A DNA stretch of 64,000 bases from an uncultured Nitrososphaerota archaeon. Its GTDB lineage: Archaea > Thermoproteota > Nitrososphaeria > Nitrososphaerales > CADDZS01. The DNA lies in contig CAWCYI010000006.1 in assembly GCA_963799845.1 (NCBI GenBank), positions 1,152,001 through 1,216,000 on the forward strand, in the 5' to 3' direction. The notes beneath the pieces were generated by a model that was not told the origin of the DNA, did not search any database, and saw only the letters and a program-made list of their open reading frames with translations. The position numbers and the translations under genes are program-made. Positions 42,570 to 53,954 of the stretch are shown piece after piece. Within the stretch, counting starts at the first letter, position 1, and each line of letters opens with the position of its first letter.

Positions 42570-43343
42570 TCAAGAGAATGCCTGTCCCCCATCAACAATA
42601 ATCGTCTGACCTGTGATCAAGTCGCTTTCGTCTGAACAAAGAAATACCAGCGTTCCCAGAAGATCCTTTGGAAAGATGTCCTTTCTAATGCTTCTCTGGC
42701 TCCTGTAAAAATCGATTTTTTCCTGGCTACGAAGTTTTCCTGCCTCGCTCAGGACAAATCCAGGGGCAATCGCGTTAACATTGATTGAGAATTCCCCGAG
42801 CTCCCTGGCAAGGGCCCTTGTCATCGAAATCAGCCCGCCCTTTGAAGTGACATAGTGCAGCATGTATGGGACACCAACGTGAAATACACCCGATGCCTGG
42901 TTGACTATCTTTCCCTTGCCGCGCCTTTTCATGAACGGAACCACAGCCCTTGAACAAAGAAAAGGTCCTTTCAAGTTTACAGCTTGGATTTTATCCCATT
43001 CCTCAACCGAGATCTCAAGAATGCTCTTGTAATTCAATCCATAGTATATTGCTGCATTATTGACAAGAATGTCGACGCTCCCAAATTCTTCAGCGGTTCG
43101 GTTTGCCATAGAGTTTACGCTCAATTCTGAAGAAACGTCAGTTTTTATCGCCAAGGCTCTATCACCAAGAGCTCGAATCTCACCTGCCACTTTTTCGGCC
43201 TTTTCTTCGTTTATCTCCGCAACAGTGATACTCGCTCCTTCATCCGCAAGTCTGATTGCGTATTCTCTGCCTATGCCCTGACCCGATCCTGTTACTATGG
43301 CAGATTTGCCTTCGAGCCTACGTTTCTTCAATGAAAAAACCAA
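42570..43343 (-). CDS. SDR family oxidoreductase
   Basis: TGSGQGIG, NNAA, YVTSK and VDGG. Confidence 0.92.
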   Translation of the reverse strand: MVFSLKKRRLEGKSAIVTGSGQGIGREYAIRLADEGASITVAEINEEKAEKVAGEIRALGDRALAIKTDVSSELSVNSMANRTAEEFGSVDILVNNAAIYYGLNYKSILEISVEEWDKIQAVNLKGPFLCSRAVVPFMKRRGKGKIVNQASGVFHVGVPYMLHYVTSKGGLISMTRALARELGEFSINVNAIAPGFVLSEAGKLRSQEKIDFYRSQRSIRKDIFPKDLLGTLVFLCSDESDLITGQTIIVDGGQAFS

Positions 43344-43391
43344 CGCCCTAATTTTTATCCTGATTGCGGGCTGGCATTATCTATCAAAGCT

Positions 43392-44060
43392 TCACATATC
43401 TCGGGTCATTCGATGCCCGAATGCCGCAACATAGACTGCAACGCCTTTGGCGTTGTTTGCAAGTCCTATCTGAACTCCTAGCTCCGCTTTTCTTTGGTTC
43501 TCTTCGGTTGAGCAGTATCTTTCAAGGACCCGACTCCCAAGCGGAGCGTGCTTTCCCTCATCTTCTATCTGCGGGAGAACAACCTCGTCCTTGAATTTCT
43601 CGTCTAGTCCGGGTAATTCAGCGACCCTCCTCATCCAATAATCGCCCACCGTCTCACCGGCAAAATTCCTAGCCGCAAAATAGAGGACGGGGTCGTTTGG
43701 GTTGTAATCGTATATCGCGCGCCACTCCGGCGCCTTCATCACGACTTCATTGTACCACTCGTCGATGTCAAATATGTCACCGCGTGCCCGAACAAACTGA
43801 GCGAGTAACTGAAAGTGGTTAGCTTCTTCCCAGCTCTGCTCGAATAAGGCGACTTTGATGTCGTCCTCAACCTTGAATCTCAGGGCTTGCAATGCCGCGT
43901 CCTCCGCGTGCCAGAGCTCTCCCATCGCCCAGTCCTTCGTTAGAATATTGAATGATTTTGTTTCGATACCGGGGTAGGTCGCCTTGATTGAACCTAGTTT
44001 TTCGAAGTTGTTGCCGAAATATTTCTCTTTCAGGTTCTGAACGAATTCGATCGAATTCAT
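43392..44060 (-). CDS. Ferritin-like diiron-carboxylate protein
   Basis: Start ATG at 44060 (MNSIEF); ligand pattern E (GELWHAE) ... EEANH ... E (AGET) ... DEGKH. Confidence 0.75.
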   Translation of the reverse strand: MNSIEFVQNLKEKYFGNNFEKLGSIKATYPGIETKSFNILTKDWAMGELWHAEDAALQALRFKVEDDIKVALFEQSWEEANHFQLLAQFVRARGDIFDIDEWYNEVVMKAPEWRAIYDYNPNDPVLYFAARNFAGETVGDYWMRRVAELPGLDEKFKDEVVLPQIEDEGKHAPLGSRVLERYCSTEENQRKAELGVQIGLANNAKGVAVYVAAFGHRMTRDM

Positions 44061-44325
44061 GGATCTCGACAGGATTAATGTTCTTGCTATATTTCTTTGC
44101 TCATGTTGAACTCCCACATCAGGATCGTAATTCTGTGTGGAGGAGATTTGGATTGCTCTAATGTTCTTGACTTTTAAAAATCAGTTCAGTTGCGAACAGT
44201 AAGTTACAAGTTTCAAGCGATATCCAGAAAACTGAATAACAGAGTCGGCTGAAGCCACTGGTCGATCGAAATTATTCAGAAATTTTTTGACTAATTGATG
44301 GAGCCAACCTTTAAGAGAAGTATTA

Positions 44326-46091
44326 TCAAACTTGGTCGACAACCGCATCGACGACAGCGGATATCTTCTCGTTTCTAATTGTCTCAAAACCTGACAAAAT
44401 TGCTTCCTTTAGTTCGGCAGCGTTTTTGACTTTCCAACCAGTTGCGCCACAGGCCTTTGCTGCTTCAACGTAATCCGGCTGAGGACCAATTCTTACTCCC
44501 GCGTAATGATCTTTTGACTTGGAATAGCCGTTAGGATAACCGCGATCGACAACTCCCTTCATCGCGTTGTATCCACCGTTATCTATTATCACAGTCAAGA
44601 TTGGAAGTCTGATATCTGCGAGAGACCCAAAACACCGACGTAGGGTTTGAGTAAACGTACCCTCCATCACCAACTATGCACAAAACATCACTTCCGGTAT
44701 TGGCGAGCTTTAAGCCAAGTGCGTTTCCGAGACCATCGCCTAGGCTACTGCCACCTAAGGAGAAGTAAGTTCCAGGCTCATTTGAATCAATGTAGGAAGC
44801 GACAACCATTTCATTGGAAACTCCCTCCGACATCACTATCGTATTTGAGTTCTTAAGATCATTTAGAATAGAAATAACCGAGCCAATCTTCATAGGTGTT
44901 TTGTCTTTACCGGACTCGGCAGTTTTCTTCAAACTGTTGCGAATCGCTTGACTGGCATCGTGAATTTTGCTCGTTCTTTCATCTAATTTACTTGCATGAC
45001 CATTTTGTGCCTTGGTTTTGAGAATCTTGACTAGACTGTGAAGGGCTAATTGGGAAGAAGCGCAGACTGATAGATGAACGGGAAACCCCCATAACGGCAT
45101 TCCTGACTTTAGTGGGTCAACATCGATTTGAATGATCTTGACGTCCTGTCTAATTCGATGAATCGCTGGAGCCCACGGCACATCTACGTCCACAAGCAGG
45201 ATAACATCGGCACTTTCTATCCATTCTTTTGGAAAGCCTCTCAGGCTTAGAGGATTGCTTGAAGGAAAATTCATTCTTTTTCTCTGGGGCTCTATGACGG
45301 GTGCGCCCAGAATCTCCGCCAGTTCGACAAGCTCTGGAACGGCCTTGGGATTTCGCCCCAGAGTACTCTGTGAGGATAATCGGTGCGTCCGCTCCTTCAA
45401 GAATACTTGCTATTCTAACAAGATTTTCCTCACTGGCTTGTGAAGGCTCAGGCGAAATGTACACATCAGTTCGAGGTATATTCACCTCCGTCTGCTTTTC
45501 TGCCAATAATTCCCTTGGTAAGATTAGATAGGCGGGACCTTTTGGTTCCGAATTCGCTACCTGGAGAGCTCGTCCAAGAACTTGGGGCAAGTTAGAATTG
45601 GTTTTCAGTTCGTAGGTCCACTTTGAAAATTGCCTAGCAACACCCAGTTGATCGAAAATTTCTTGATCCCAGTGGTACGGTCTGTCACGCCCACCGAGAA
45701 GCTCTCCTTCAAACGTGTAAGGTGCTCTACCTGCGACGATCAGAACTGGCTCTCTTCCACGGTAGATGTTGTGAAGGGCCCCACCGATCTCCATCGTTCC
45801 AAGGCCAACATGGACCATGATAGTTTGAGCCTTCCCAACAGTCATGGAGTAACCATGAGACATGGAGAGAGCTAGATGCTCGGTAAGGCACATTATCGGT
45901 TTTGGATTTTTTCGACCTTCGATCTCAAATCTTGACATTTGCTCAAGAACCGGATAAAAATCTGAACCGGGATTGTAAAACAAAAAATCCACTTTGTACG
46001 CTGAAAGGAGCTCAAGAAAAGAGCTCCCACCGTCGCTACTTGGAATCGTATGTTCGTTCCTAGGATTCAATATATACCAGACTGTTACCAA
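44326..46091 (-). CDS. Thiamine-pyrophosphate-requiring enzyme (ALS-like); two frameshifts at about 45362 and 44608
   Basis: NPGSDF, EHLA.SMSHGY, HVGLGT, GPAYL, GDGGY...NGGY; three consecutive ORFs tile one TPP enzyme. Confidence 0.88.
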
Positions 46092-46166
46092 TGCATCAAA
46101 ATTTCGAATGTAATAAAATCGGTTCGACTCCGAAATGCTGGAGCGAACCTAGATGCTCGCCCAGAC

Positions 46167-47339
46167 TTATCGTTTTGATTTCGCTACAATCGCAGGGGAG
46201 ATGTACAGCACTCCAGTGGAACCGAAGGAAGATCCGACGAATGAGAGCGGCTGATCAGTCTGAAATGGCCCAGAAGGTTCAGGGACAGTCCCGATTTGTT
46301 GCAGTGCCTTCTGAAGAACTGAAAAATTGTATATCTGATTTACATTCCCGGTTGAATTGATCAAGCCTCCGTAAAACATGTACGTGTCAGAGGCGTTCAT
46401 TAGGGCTGGAGTGAATGTAATCATGTTCGGGCTGAAGTAGTCCGCTGCTTGAAGAATGTATTGAGTCGAGTTATAGACAGATTTGTCCAGTGACGTAAAG
46501 TTCGCATTGTACGTACTTTGAATCCAAGCAGGCAAGTTATTCGTTGCATTTCTAGCGCTCCGTAGTACAGCGATCATGAAGTCAACAGCGATCTGGAAAT
46601 GAGAATTTAGCCAAGTTTTATTTGCAAAGTAGAGTCCTCCTCCGATCCCAGGCAGAGCTTGAGCCGTAGTTGCAAGAATATGGAACTTTCCAGGATCAGC
46701 TTTGAATACGGTAGCAGCATCTTCTGGATCTAGGAAAGCTCCGACATATCTACCAGCAATAAGCGCCTGCGCTTTTACACTTGAATCTCCAATCACGACC
46801 AAATTGATGTTGTAATTCGAGTAATTCTGATTGTTAGCAGCAAATACAGCCGGGAACAATACGGGCCCGTCGAGTGAGAAAGCCGCAAGAGTTGTACCGT
46901 TAAGCTGAGGGAACGAAGTTATACTGTTTGAAACAACAAAATCCTGAAGAAAGGCGGTAGATTCTTCGCCGATAGCAACGAGATTTGCGCCTTGTTCGAT
47001 AGCGTTTATCGTGGTCGTAGCAAATTGAAACGCGAACATGTTGACTTGATTATTGGAACCCGCAGAAGTCAGGGTAGCCGGGTCAGAGATTGTTTGTACA
47101 GTAGCTTGCAAATTGTATTGTGACATATGATTCAGCGCATCTATGGTGTCGGCGTGGGTTGCATCGGAGGCTTCCAAACCAAATGTGAAAGTTTGTGTGG
47201 ATGCTTTACTCGGAGTCAAATAATAGTACGCACCGGCGGCGGCGGCGATAACAATTATGACAACAATAACAACCACTAGTGTTGTGCTAATGCCAGATAG
47301 CTGTCGTCCTTTCAGCCGAACAAAATTCACCCTTTGCAC
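46167..47339 (-). CDS. ABC transporter substrate-binding protein, NitT/TauT (SsuA/THI5-like)
   Basis: N-terminal anchor; LNGTTLA and GDSSVKAQALIAG; follows permease and ATPase genes. Confidence 0.8.
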   Translation of the reverse strand: MQRVNFVRLKGRQLSGISTTLVVVIVVIIVIAAAAGAYYYLTPSKASTQTFTFGLEASDATHADTIDALNHMSQYNLQATVQTISDPATLTSAGSNNQVNMFAFQFATTTINAIEQGANLVAIGEESTAFLQDFVVSNSITSFPQLNGTTLAAFSLDGPVLFPAVFAANNQNYSNYNINLVVIGDSSVKAQALIAGRYVGAFLDPEDAATVFKADPGKFHILATTAQALPGIGGGLYFANKTWLNSHFQIAVDFMIAVLRSARNATNNLPAWIQSTYNANFTSLDKSVYNSTQYILQAADYFSPNMITFTPALMNASDTYMFYGGLINSTGNVNQIYNFSVLQKALQQIGTVPEPSGPFQTDQPLSFVGSSFGSTGVLYISPAIVAKSKR

Positions 47340-47460
47340 AATCTCCTCGAAGGACGATTCTGATATAAGTGTTTAGGGATTTTTGTTATCAATCAGAATA
47401 TGGCTTCATGTTAATTCTATTTTGGGCCAACCATATACTGTGGTCGTCATTTTTAGGGCG

Positions 47461-48258
47461 CTACATTCCAGCAAATGTATTCAACCGGTTTCCGCGAGTC
47501 ACTCTGCGTTCAACGATTCTGAGAAATTCTGACAGCATATATCCCACGATTGCAAGTACGATCAAAATCGCAAGAATCTGATCAGTTCGGTAGAATTCTT
47601 GACCAAGGAGTAGCAAGTTTCCTACCCCAGTAACAACCAGCTCAAGCTGAGCTATGACCACCCCGATAAGAGCGATGCTTAGTCCGAGCCTCAAAGAAGC
47701 AAAGATGTATGGCGCGCTTGATGGGATTATTACTTTTGTAAATATCTGACCTTCTGAGGCGCAACCCACTCTGGCGACTTCTATGAATAGTTTGTCGGTG
47801 TTCTTGACCCCCTGAGAAACTATTAATATGATAGGGAAGAAAGAGAACGTATAAACGAAAAGAACACTTGTCAAGAGACCGAATCCAAACCAAATTATGA
47901 AAAGTGGAATTAGGGCAACTCTGGGCAGAACATAAAACGCGGTCATGTATGGTTCGACTACTTCGTCTACTATCTTCACCCTGCCCATGGTCAGGCCAAT
48001 TGGGATTCCCGTGATAACAGAGAGTCCAAATCCCAAAAGCAACAACCAGAGCATGCTTAGAATTGCTCCCCAGAAGTTGTGTTTCTCAAAGAGATTAACG
48101 AGTGCGTTAAGTACGGTGGTTGGAGACGAGAAGATTAACTGGTTTGACCGAGAGGCAATCAGTTGCCAAATTATCAGAATGATAATGAGAGATATAACAA
48201 ATATTACAGCCCTTCGAGCAAGCTCTCGGATACGTGTTTTCGGTAACTCAGAGCTCAA
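47461..48258 (-). CDS. ABC transporter permease, NitT/TauT family
   Basis: LPRVALIPLFIIWFG, EAA-loop (EVARVGCASE) and PYIFASLR. Confidence 0.92.
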   Translation of the reverse strand: MSSELPKTRIRELARRAVIFVISLIIILIIWQLIASRSNQLIFSSPTTVLNALVNLFEKHNFWGAILSMLWLLLLGFGLSVITGIPIGLTMGRVKIVDEVVEPYMTAFYVLPRVALIPLFIIWFGFGLLTSVLFVYTFSFFPIILIVSQGVKNTDKLFIEVARVGCASEGQIFTKVIIPSSAPYIFASLRLGLSIALIGVVIAQLELVVTGVGNLLLLGQEFYRTDQILAILIVLAIVGYMLSEFLRIVERRVTRGNRLNTFAGM

Positions 48259-49076
48259 CTAATCACCTGATCCTCGACAAGAGAGGACCTCACAGTGGCA
48301 CAATATCCAGTAAATTTCGGGTCGGTTCTGATCCCTTTTTCACTAGTTCTTCCGCTACCTAGATCAATCGAAAGTGTATCCTTGATCCTTCCTGGTCTAG
48401 GAGTGAATACAACTACTGTATTGCTCACGAAGACGGCTTCATCAATACTATGGGTAACAAATAGAACCGAGCGTTCTCGATCATTACTCAGGACATTGAG
48501 CAAGTCTTGCTGAGCTTTCTCTCTACTGAGGGCGTCGAGCGCACCAAACGGTTCATCCATCAATAGAATACTTGGTTCGACGCTCAAAGCTCTTGCTATC
48601 GCAACTCTCTGTTGCATTCCACCAGAAAGTTGAACTGGAGAATAGTTAGCGAATTCTAAGAGTCCGACGAGATTTAATTTTTCCAAGGCAATTTTCCTTC
48701 TTTCAGCCTTCGGGATTCCTCTAAGCTCCAAGAAGAATTCGACATTCTGAAGGGTATTCCTCCATGGATAGAGCCCGACCGCTTGGAATATGAAACCCTT
48801 GTCTTTTTCCGGTCCTTCTACCTTCTTATCATCGATCAATACTTGTCCCGTTGTAGGTTTCTCGAGTCCCGCGATGATCCTTAACAGAGTGCTCTTGCCG
48901 CATCCAGAAGGACCTACTACGCTCACAAATTCTCCTTTTGCAATCTGGAAACTCACATTCTGTAATGCGTCAAGATAGACTGGCTTGGATTGTCTGAAAG
49001 TACCTTGGCGCGTTTCACTCCTTGATACGAATCTCTTTGAGACATCTTGAATATCGCACTTGACAGCCATCGTCAT
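48255..49076 (-). CDS. ABC transporter ATP-binding protein, TauB/SsuB-like
   Basis: GPSGCGKS, LSGGMQQR, MDEPFGALD and VTHSIDEA. Confidence 0.95.
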   Translation of the reverse strand: MTMAVKCDIQDVSKRFVSRSETRQGTFRQSKPVYLDALQNVSFQIAKGEFVSVVGPSGCGKSTLLRIIAGLEKPTTGQVLIDDKKVEGPEKDKGFIFQAVGLYPWRNTLQNVEFFLELRGIPKAERRKIALEKLNLVGLLEFANYSPVQLSGGMQQRVAIARALSVEPSILLMDEPFGALDALSREKAQQDLLNVLSNDRERSVLFVTHSIDEAVFVSNTVVVFTPRPGRIKDTLSIDLGSGRTSEKGIRTDPKFTGYCATVRSSLVEDQVIS

Positions 49077-49091
49077 CTCAGTCCATATATT

Positions 49092-50150
49092 TTAGTCTCG
49101 AGTAATTGCTGGGAGAATTTCCTTCGAGATTAGCTCAATCGCCTCATCAGGCTTTGGCCCTATTAGATCGAAAGCAATCGGCATCTGAACTCCTAGGTCG
49201 CCCAACTTACGCAATTTCTTAATACAATCTTCGGGAGTTCCAGCTATGGAGAATTCCTCTATCATCTCGTCGGTTACTAGCTCTGCAGAATTGCGAATTC
49301 CGCCCCTCTTCATTCCTTCCTTGACTCTGTCCAAATCTTCGGGCTTTACTTTGCTGTGTTGCAGCATGAGTTCGCTAGCAGTCAAGGTAGGATCAGCGAC
49401 ATAAAGAGCGACAACCTCCCGCACAAAGTTCTTTGCCTCTTCAGAGTCTTTCCCAACCGAAAAAGTAAGATTAGAAGCTACCACGATGTCTTCTTTTTTC
49501 CTACCGGCGCGCCTCGCACCTTCGAAGACATGGTTCAAGCTTTCAATCACGTAGGAGCCAGAGGCGCTCAGCGATCTCGAAAGTATCACGCCGTCTGCAA
49601 CACCGCCGCAGAGCTCGAGAATCTTGGGGCTCCGACTTCCCAAATATATGGGAATATTTTTTCTGACTGGAACGAACCCATGGAAATCGAGCGTACTCCC
49701 GGGTTCGGAAATACTGAAGACTTCGCCGTGATAGGTAACGTTTTCCCCTCTTAACAATCTCCTGATTATTTCTACCGAGTCTTTCATTGCAGCATACGGC
49801 TTTTGATCTCTCGCGGTGTTCGCGCTCCTCGTGAGGCCATGTTTGACCAATGAAGTGACGTTAACACCTAGACCTAGATTGAACCTACCTCCAGAGAGCT
49901 CATCTATCGTTGCCGCTTCCATCGCAATCAGACCTGGGTGTCTTGTGTACACTCCGATTATTGCAGTGCCCAACTGTATTTTCTTGGTGTTCACAGCTAC
50001 CGCAGACAGAAGAGAGATTGCACTCCTGCCGTGAAAGCCTTCGCCTAACCAGAAACCCTGCAATCCATACCTCTCTGCCAAGATTGCGTAGCGAATCGTT
50101 TCTTCCGCCGTAGCGAAAGGCGCAATTGCGAACCCGTTGATATCGGTCAC
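49092..50150 (-). CDS. LLM-class (Mer-like, probably F420-dependent) oxidoreductase
   Basis: TRHP..IAM.AATIDELSGGRF.LGLG, IPIYLG and ADGV. Confidence 0.88.
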   Translation of the reverse strand: MTDINGFAIAPFATAEETIRYAILAERYGLQGFWLGEGFHGRSAISLLSAVAVNTKKIQLGTAIIGVYTRHPGLIAMEAATIDELSGGRFNLGLGVNVTSLVKHGLTRSANTARDQKPYAAMKDSVEIIRRLLRGENVTYHGEVFSISEPGSTLDFHGFVPVRKNIPIYLGSRSPKILELCGGVADGVILSRSLSASGSYVIESLNHVFEGARRAGRKKEDIVVASNLTFSVGKDSEEAKNFVREVVALYVADPTLTASELMLQHSKVKPEDLDRVKEGMKRGGIRNSAELVTDEMIEEFSIAGTPEDCIKKLRKLGDLGVQMPIAFDLIGPKPDEAIELISKEILPAITRD

Positions 50151-50194
50151 ATTGTTTTCTCGAGTGAATATGTGTAATTAATCTTGATGCCGAA

Positions 50195-52316
50195 TTGCAA
50201 CAGAAAAAACTAACTAAGGACTATCCACAATTTGCTCGAATATTGCGATATAATATTGGAATCGATATCGGCGGAACTTTTACCGATTTTGTCGGCTTCG
50301 ATTCAAAGAGCTCTCGGCTATTCTCAGAAAAAATCTTGACGACTCCCAGTCGCCCTGCCGACGCAGTTATACAAGGTCTGGAGAAACTGGCTCTCTCCCG
50401 CGGAATCAAAATTGAGGAAATTGACAGAATCTTTCACGCGACAACCCTCGCAACGAACGCCGTTATCGAAAGGAAGGGCGCGAAGGCTGGACTCATAACC
50501 ACGGCCGGGTTCGAGGATGTTCTAGACATCAGAAAAGGACTCCGATACAATCAGTACGACCTAAACATCCAGATTCCTAAGCCGTATGTTCCAAGACATC
50601 TGCGCAGGGGAGTTTCCGAAAGAATGTTTGCTTCCGGTGAAATTCGAAACAAATTAGATCCGGTCGAACTCGAAAAATGTGTTTCGGAACTTGTTGATGA
50701 GAGAATTGAATCTCTTGCAATCTGCTTTCTTCATTCGTATGCGAATCCCCTTCATGAAAAAAGAGCGAAAGAACTTGTTTCTACCAAATTCCCAAATCTA
50801 ACTGTCTCGTGCTCTCATGAGATTACTTCTCAAGCAAGAGAATACGAGCGAACTTCTACAACTGTCATTGATGCGTACATCAAACCGATAATTCACGAGT
50901 ATATTGATGACTTGTCTATGCGGCTATCTGAATTGGGTTTCTCTGGAAAACTACTTCTCATGACGTGTACGGGAGGCGTAGTTGAGGTCGAGCTAGCGAA
51001 AAATATTCCGGTACTACTTCTAGAGTCTGGTCCTGTTGCTGGTGTTTCGATGGGTCTGAATATTGCCAAGAGACTAGACCTTCAGGGGATGTTTTCATTT
51101 GATATGGGAGGAACTACAGCCAAAGGCTGTCTTGTAAGGAATCGGAGAATAGAAAAATCGTATGAATTTGAAGCAGCGCGTTTCGATAAATTCAGACGTG
51201 GAAGCGGAGTCCCCGTTAGCATTCCGGTTGTAAGGCTAATTGAAACGGGCTCTGGAGGAGGGAGCATCGCTAGAATTGATCAATTGGGAATGGTGAGAGT
51301 TGGCCCCGATAGTTCCGGATCGTCTCCTGGACCTGCCTGCTACGGACTAGGTGGGACCGAAGCCACCGTAACAGACTCGGATTTGGTCTTAGGATATCTT
51401 GATGAAAGCTACTTCGTAGGAGGCACTTTGAGTCTTCGACCTGATCTTGCGAAGAGCGCTATCCAAGAAAAGATAGCTGAACCATTAGACATCCCGGTGG
51501 AGAACGCAGCTTGGCTAATTCACGAACGGGTAAATGAAGATGTGGCTTCAGCATTTCGGCTTTATTCATCGGAAGTCGGAGTCGACTATAGAAAATTCGC
51601 GTTCTTACCTTTTGGCGGAGCGGGTCCGGTACACTCCTCGAGGATCGCGAGGAAGTTGGGTCTAAGAACCCTAGTGATTCCTCCAAGGGCCGGCGTACTT
51701 TCAGCCGAAGGCCTCCTGGTGACTCCCATTTCCATAGATCTAGCATTGTCAAAACGCGTCGAATTGTCCGATTTGAGTTACGAAGAGGTACTCAGATACC
51801 TTCGAGAAATTGATCGACAACGCAACGTCCCTTCTTTCATCGGCAGAAGGACGGTCAAAGCCGTTTGACGTAACAAGGTCCCTTGACCTGTGCTATCATG
51901 GACAAGGATACGAAGTCCCATTGGCATTGACTGGAAAGGGAGTAACAAGAAAGGAGTACTCAAACTTGATCGTGAGTTTCGAGAACGCGTACAAGGAAAA
52001 ATATTCGATTACAAAGATTTCCAATCACGTCGACGTCACTTCATTCAAAGTGAATGTATCTTCTAAGAGTTCAGCATTGCCCCGAAGAATTCTCTATACA
52101 GTTCCGTCGAGACCGAAATCCTCCAGGCAAGCATTTGATCCAGATTCAATGAAATTTCGGACCTTCAAATTACTTAACCGGTATTCAATGAAAGCAGGAG
52201 ACTCCGTCAGGGGGCCTGCATTGATTCAAGAGGTCGAGTCGACTACAGTTCTGCTATCGAATTCATCCGCGACTATCGACAAGTTCGGAAACATTCTGGT
52301 GAGTCTTCATGGCTAA
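50195..52316 (+). CDS. Hydantoinase/oxoprolinase subunit A; frameshift at about 51787
   Basis: IDIGGTFTD, HATT..TN, ESGP.AG, DMGGTT, GGGSIA, GPACY and FGGAGP. The 51810-52316 ORF supplies the C-terminus (GPALI.E..STT). The likely start is TTG at 50243. Confidence 0.9.
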
Positions 52317-53954
52317 GACGCAACTCGATGCGGGCTCATTAGGATTCATCTGGGATCGTTTGATATCGATAACTGATGAAGCATTCAGCGCCCTTATTCG
52401 TAGTTCATTCTCTCCGATCGTAAGGGAGGCGCTTGATGCCACTTGTCAGCTTTTTGACTCACAGGGGAGGTCAATTGCACAGGCCTGGGCGGGGCCCCCG
52501 TCGTTCATCGGGACATTGCCAACCACGCTCAACGAGATCCTCAAAGTCATTCCGGAAGAGGATTTGAATCCCGGTGACGTTCTGGCAACTAACAATCCAT
52601 GGATCGGGACTGGACAGATCAATGATATCTCGATCATTTTTCCGGTCTTTGGAAAATATGGAAAGAAAATAATTGCATATGCGGGGGCAGTAAGTCATCT
52701 CCCGGATATTGGAGGGCAGTTGTGGTCGGCGACTTCCACAGAGGTGTTTGAAGAGGGATTGCAAATTCCTCCTGTTAAGATTGCCAAGAGGGGCGTTCTG
52801 GACCCTCTACTCAAAGAGGTAATTAGCGCAAACGTACGTTTGCCAGCTCAGGTGATTGCAGATGTACTTTCTGACATATCATGCGTCCAAACCATGGGGC
52901 GATTATTACAATCCGTCCTTGAGGAATATGGACTAAAGGACCTCGTCTCAATTTCGGATCAAATAATCGAAATGTCCTCTCGAGCAATAAGGAAAGACTT
53001 GGAATCCCTGCCCCATGAAAAATGCAGATCAGAAGTAATGGTCGAGGGTATTGATCTCGACCATAAGATTTGTTGCGAGGTCAGCATAAGAAATAATTCA
53101 GTCGACATAGACTTCGACGGTACCTCGCGAAAGTCGAACTTTGGAATTAACTCGCCCTTGGTTTACACCCGGGCGTACACCATATATGCAGCAAAGTGTG
53201 TTGTTTCGCCTTACATTCCAAACAATCAAGGAGTCATGGACGTTTTCAATGTCTCGGCTCCCGACGATTCCATCTTAAACCCCAGGCCCCCGCAGCTTGC
53301 GGAGCTAGGCACATCATGGGATGGCACGCCCCCATCGCCGTATGGAGGGCGATGTCTCAAATTGTTCCTGAGAAGGTGATAGCTGATCCAGGCCTTGCTT
53401 CCAGCTGTACAATCAAAGGAACCGACAACAAAGGTAGAACTTTTGTTGCCATTACTGTGATCGGAGTCGGAGGAATGGGAGCAAGACCCGGACTGGATGG
53501 ACTAGACACTACCGGAATTCCAACAGTCACTTCACTAATCTCAGCGGAAGTAATGGAAAGTACTACGCCTCTTCTAGTTGAAGAGCTTCGGTTGATCCCT
53601 GATTCCGGTGGCGCGGGAAGATATCGAGGAGGTCTCGGTGCATCTTACACCATTAGAAACATTTCTGGGAAGCCTGCAAGGGTCGCGTTTATTGCAAACA
53701 AATACAAATTCGCTCCTGAGGGGATGGCTGGCGGTCTTTCAGGATCTCGGAGGAAGACTTTCGTGGACGGTAAAGAAGTAAGTCCGATGGGCATGTACAT
53801 GTTGGCTGAAAACGGGACCATCAAGATGGAAAATGCCGGGAGCGGAGGATTTTTCGATCCAAAACTGCGCGACCGAGCGAAGGTCGAGGAGGACCTGAAA
53901 AATGGATTTATCGGTAAGGTGTCCGCCAAGGAGGCATACGGGTATTCATTCTGA
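52309..53954 (+). CDS. Hydantoinase/oxoprolinase subunit B; frameshift at about 53290
   Basis: FSPIVRE, N.PW.G, H.PDIGG, EEG..IPP and DSGGAGRYRGG. Confidence 0.9.
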
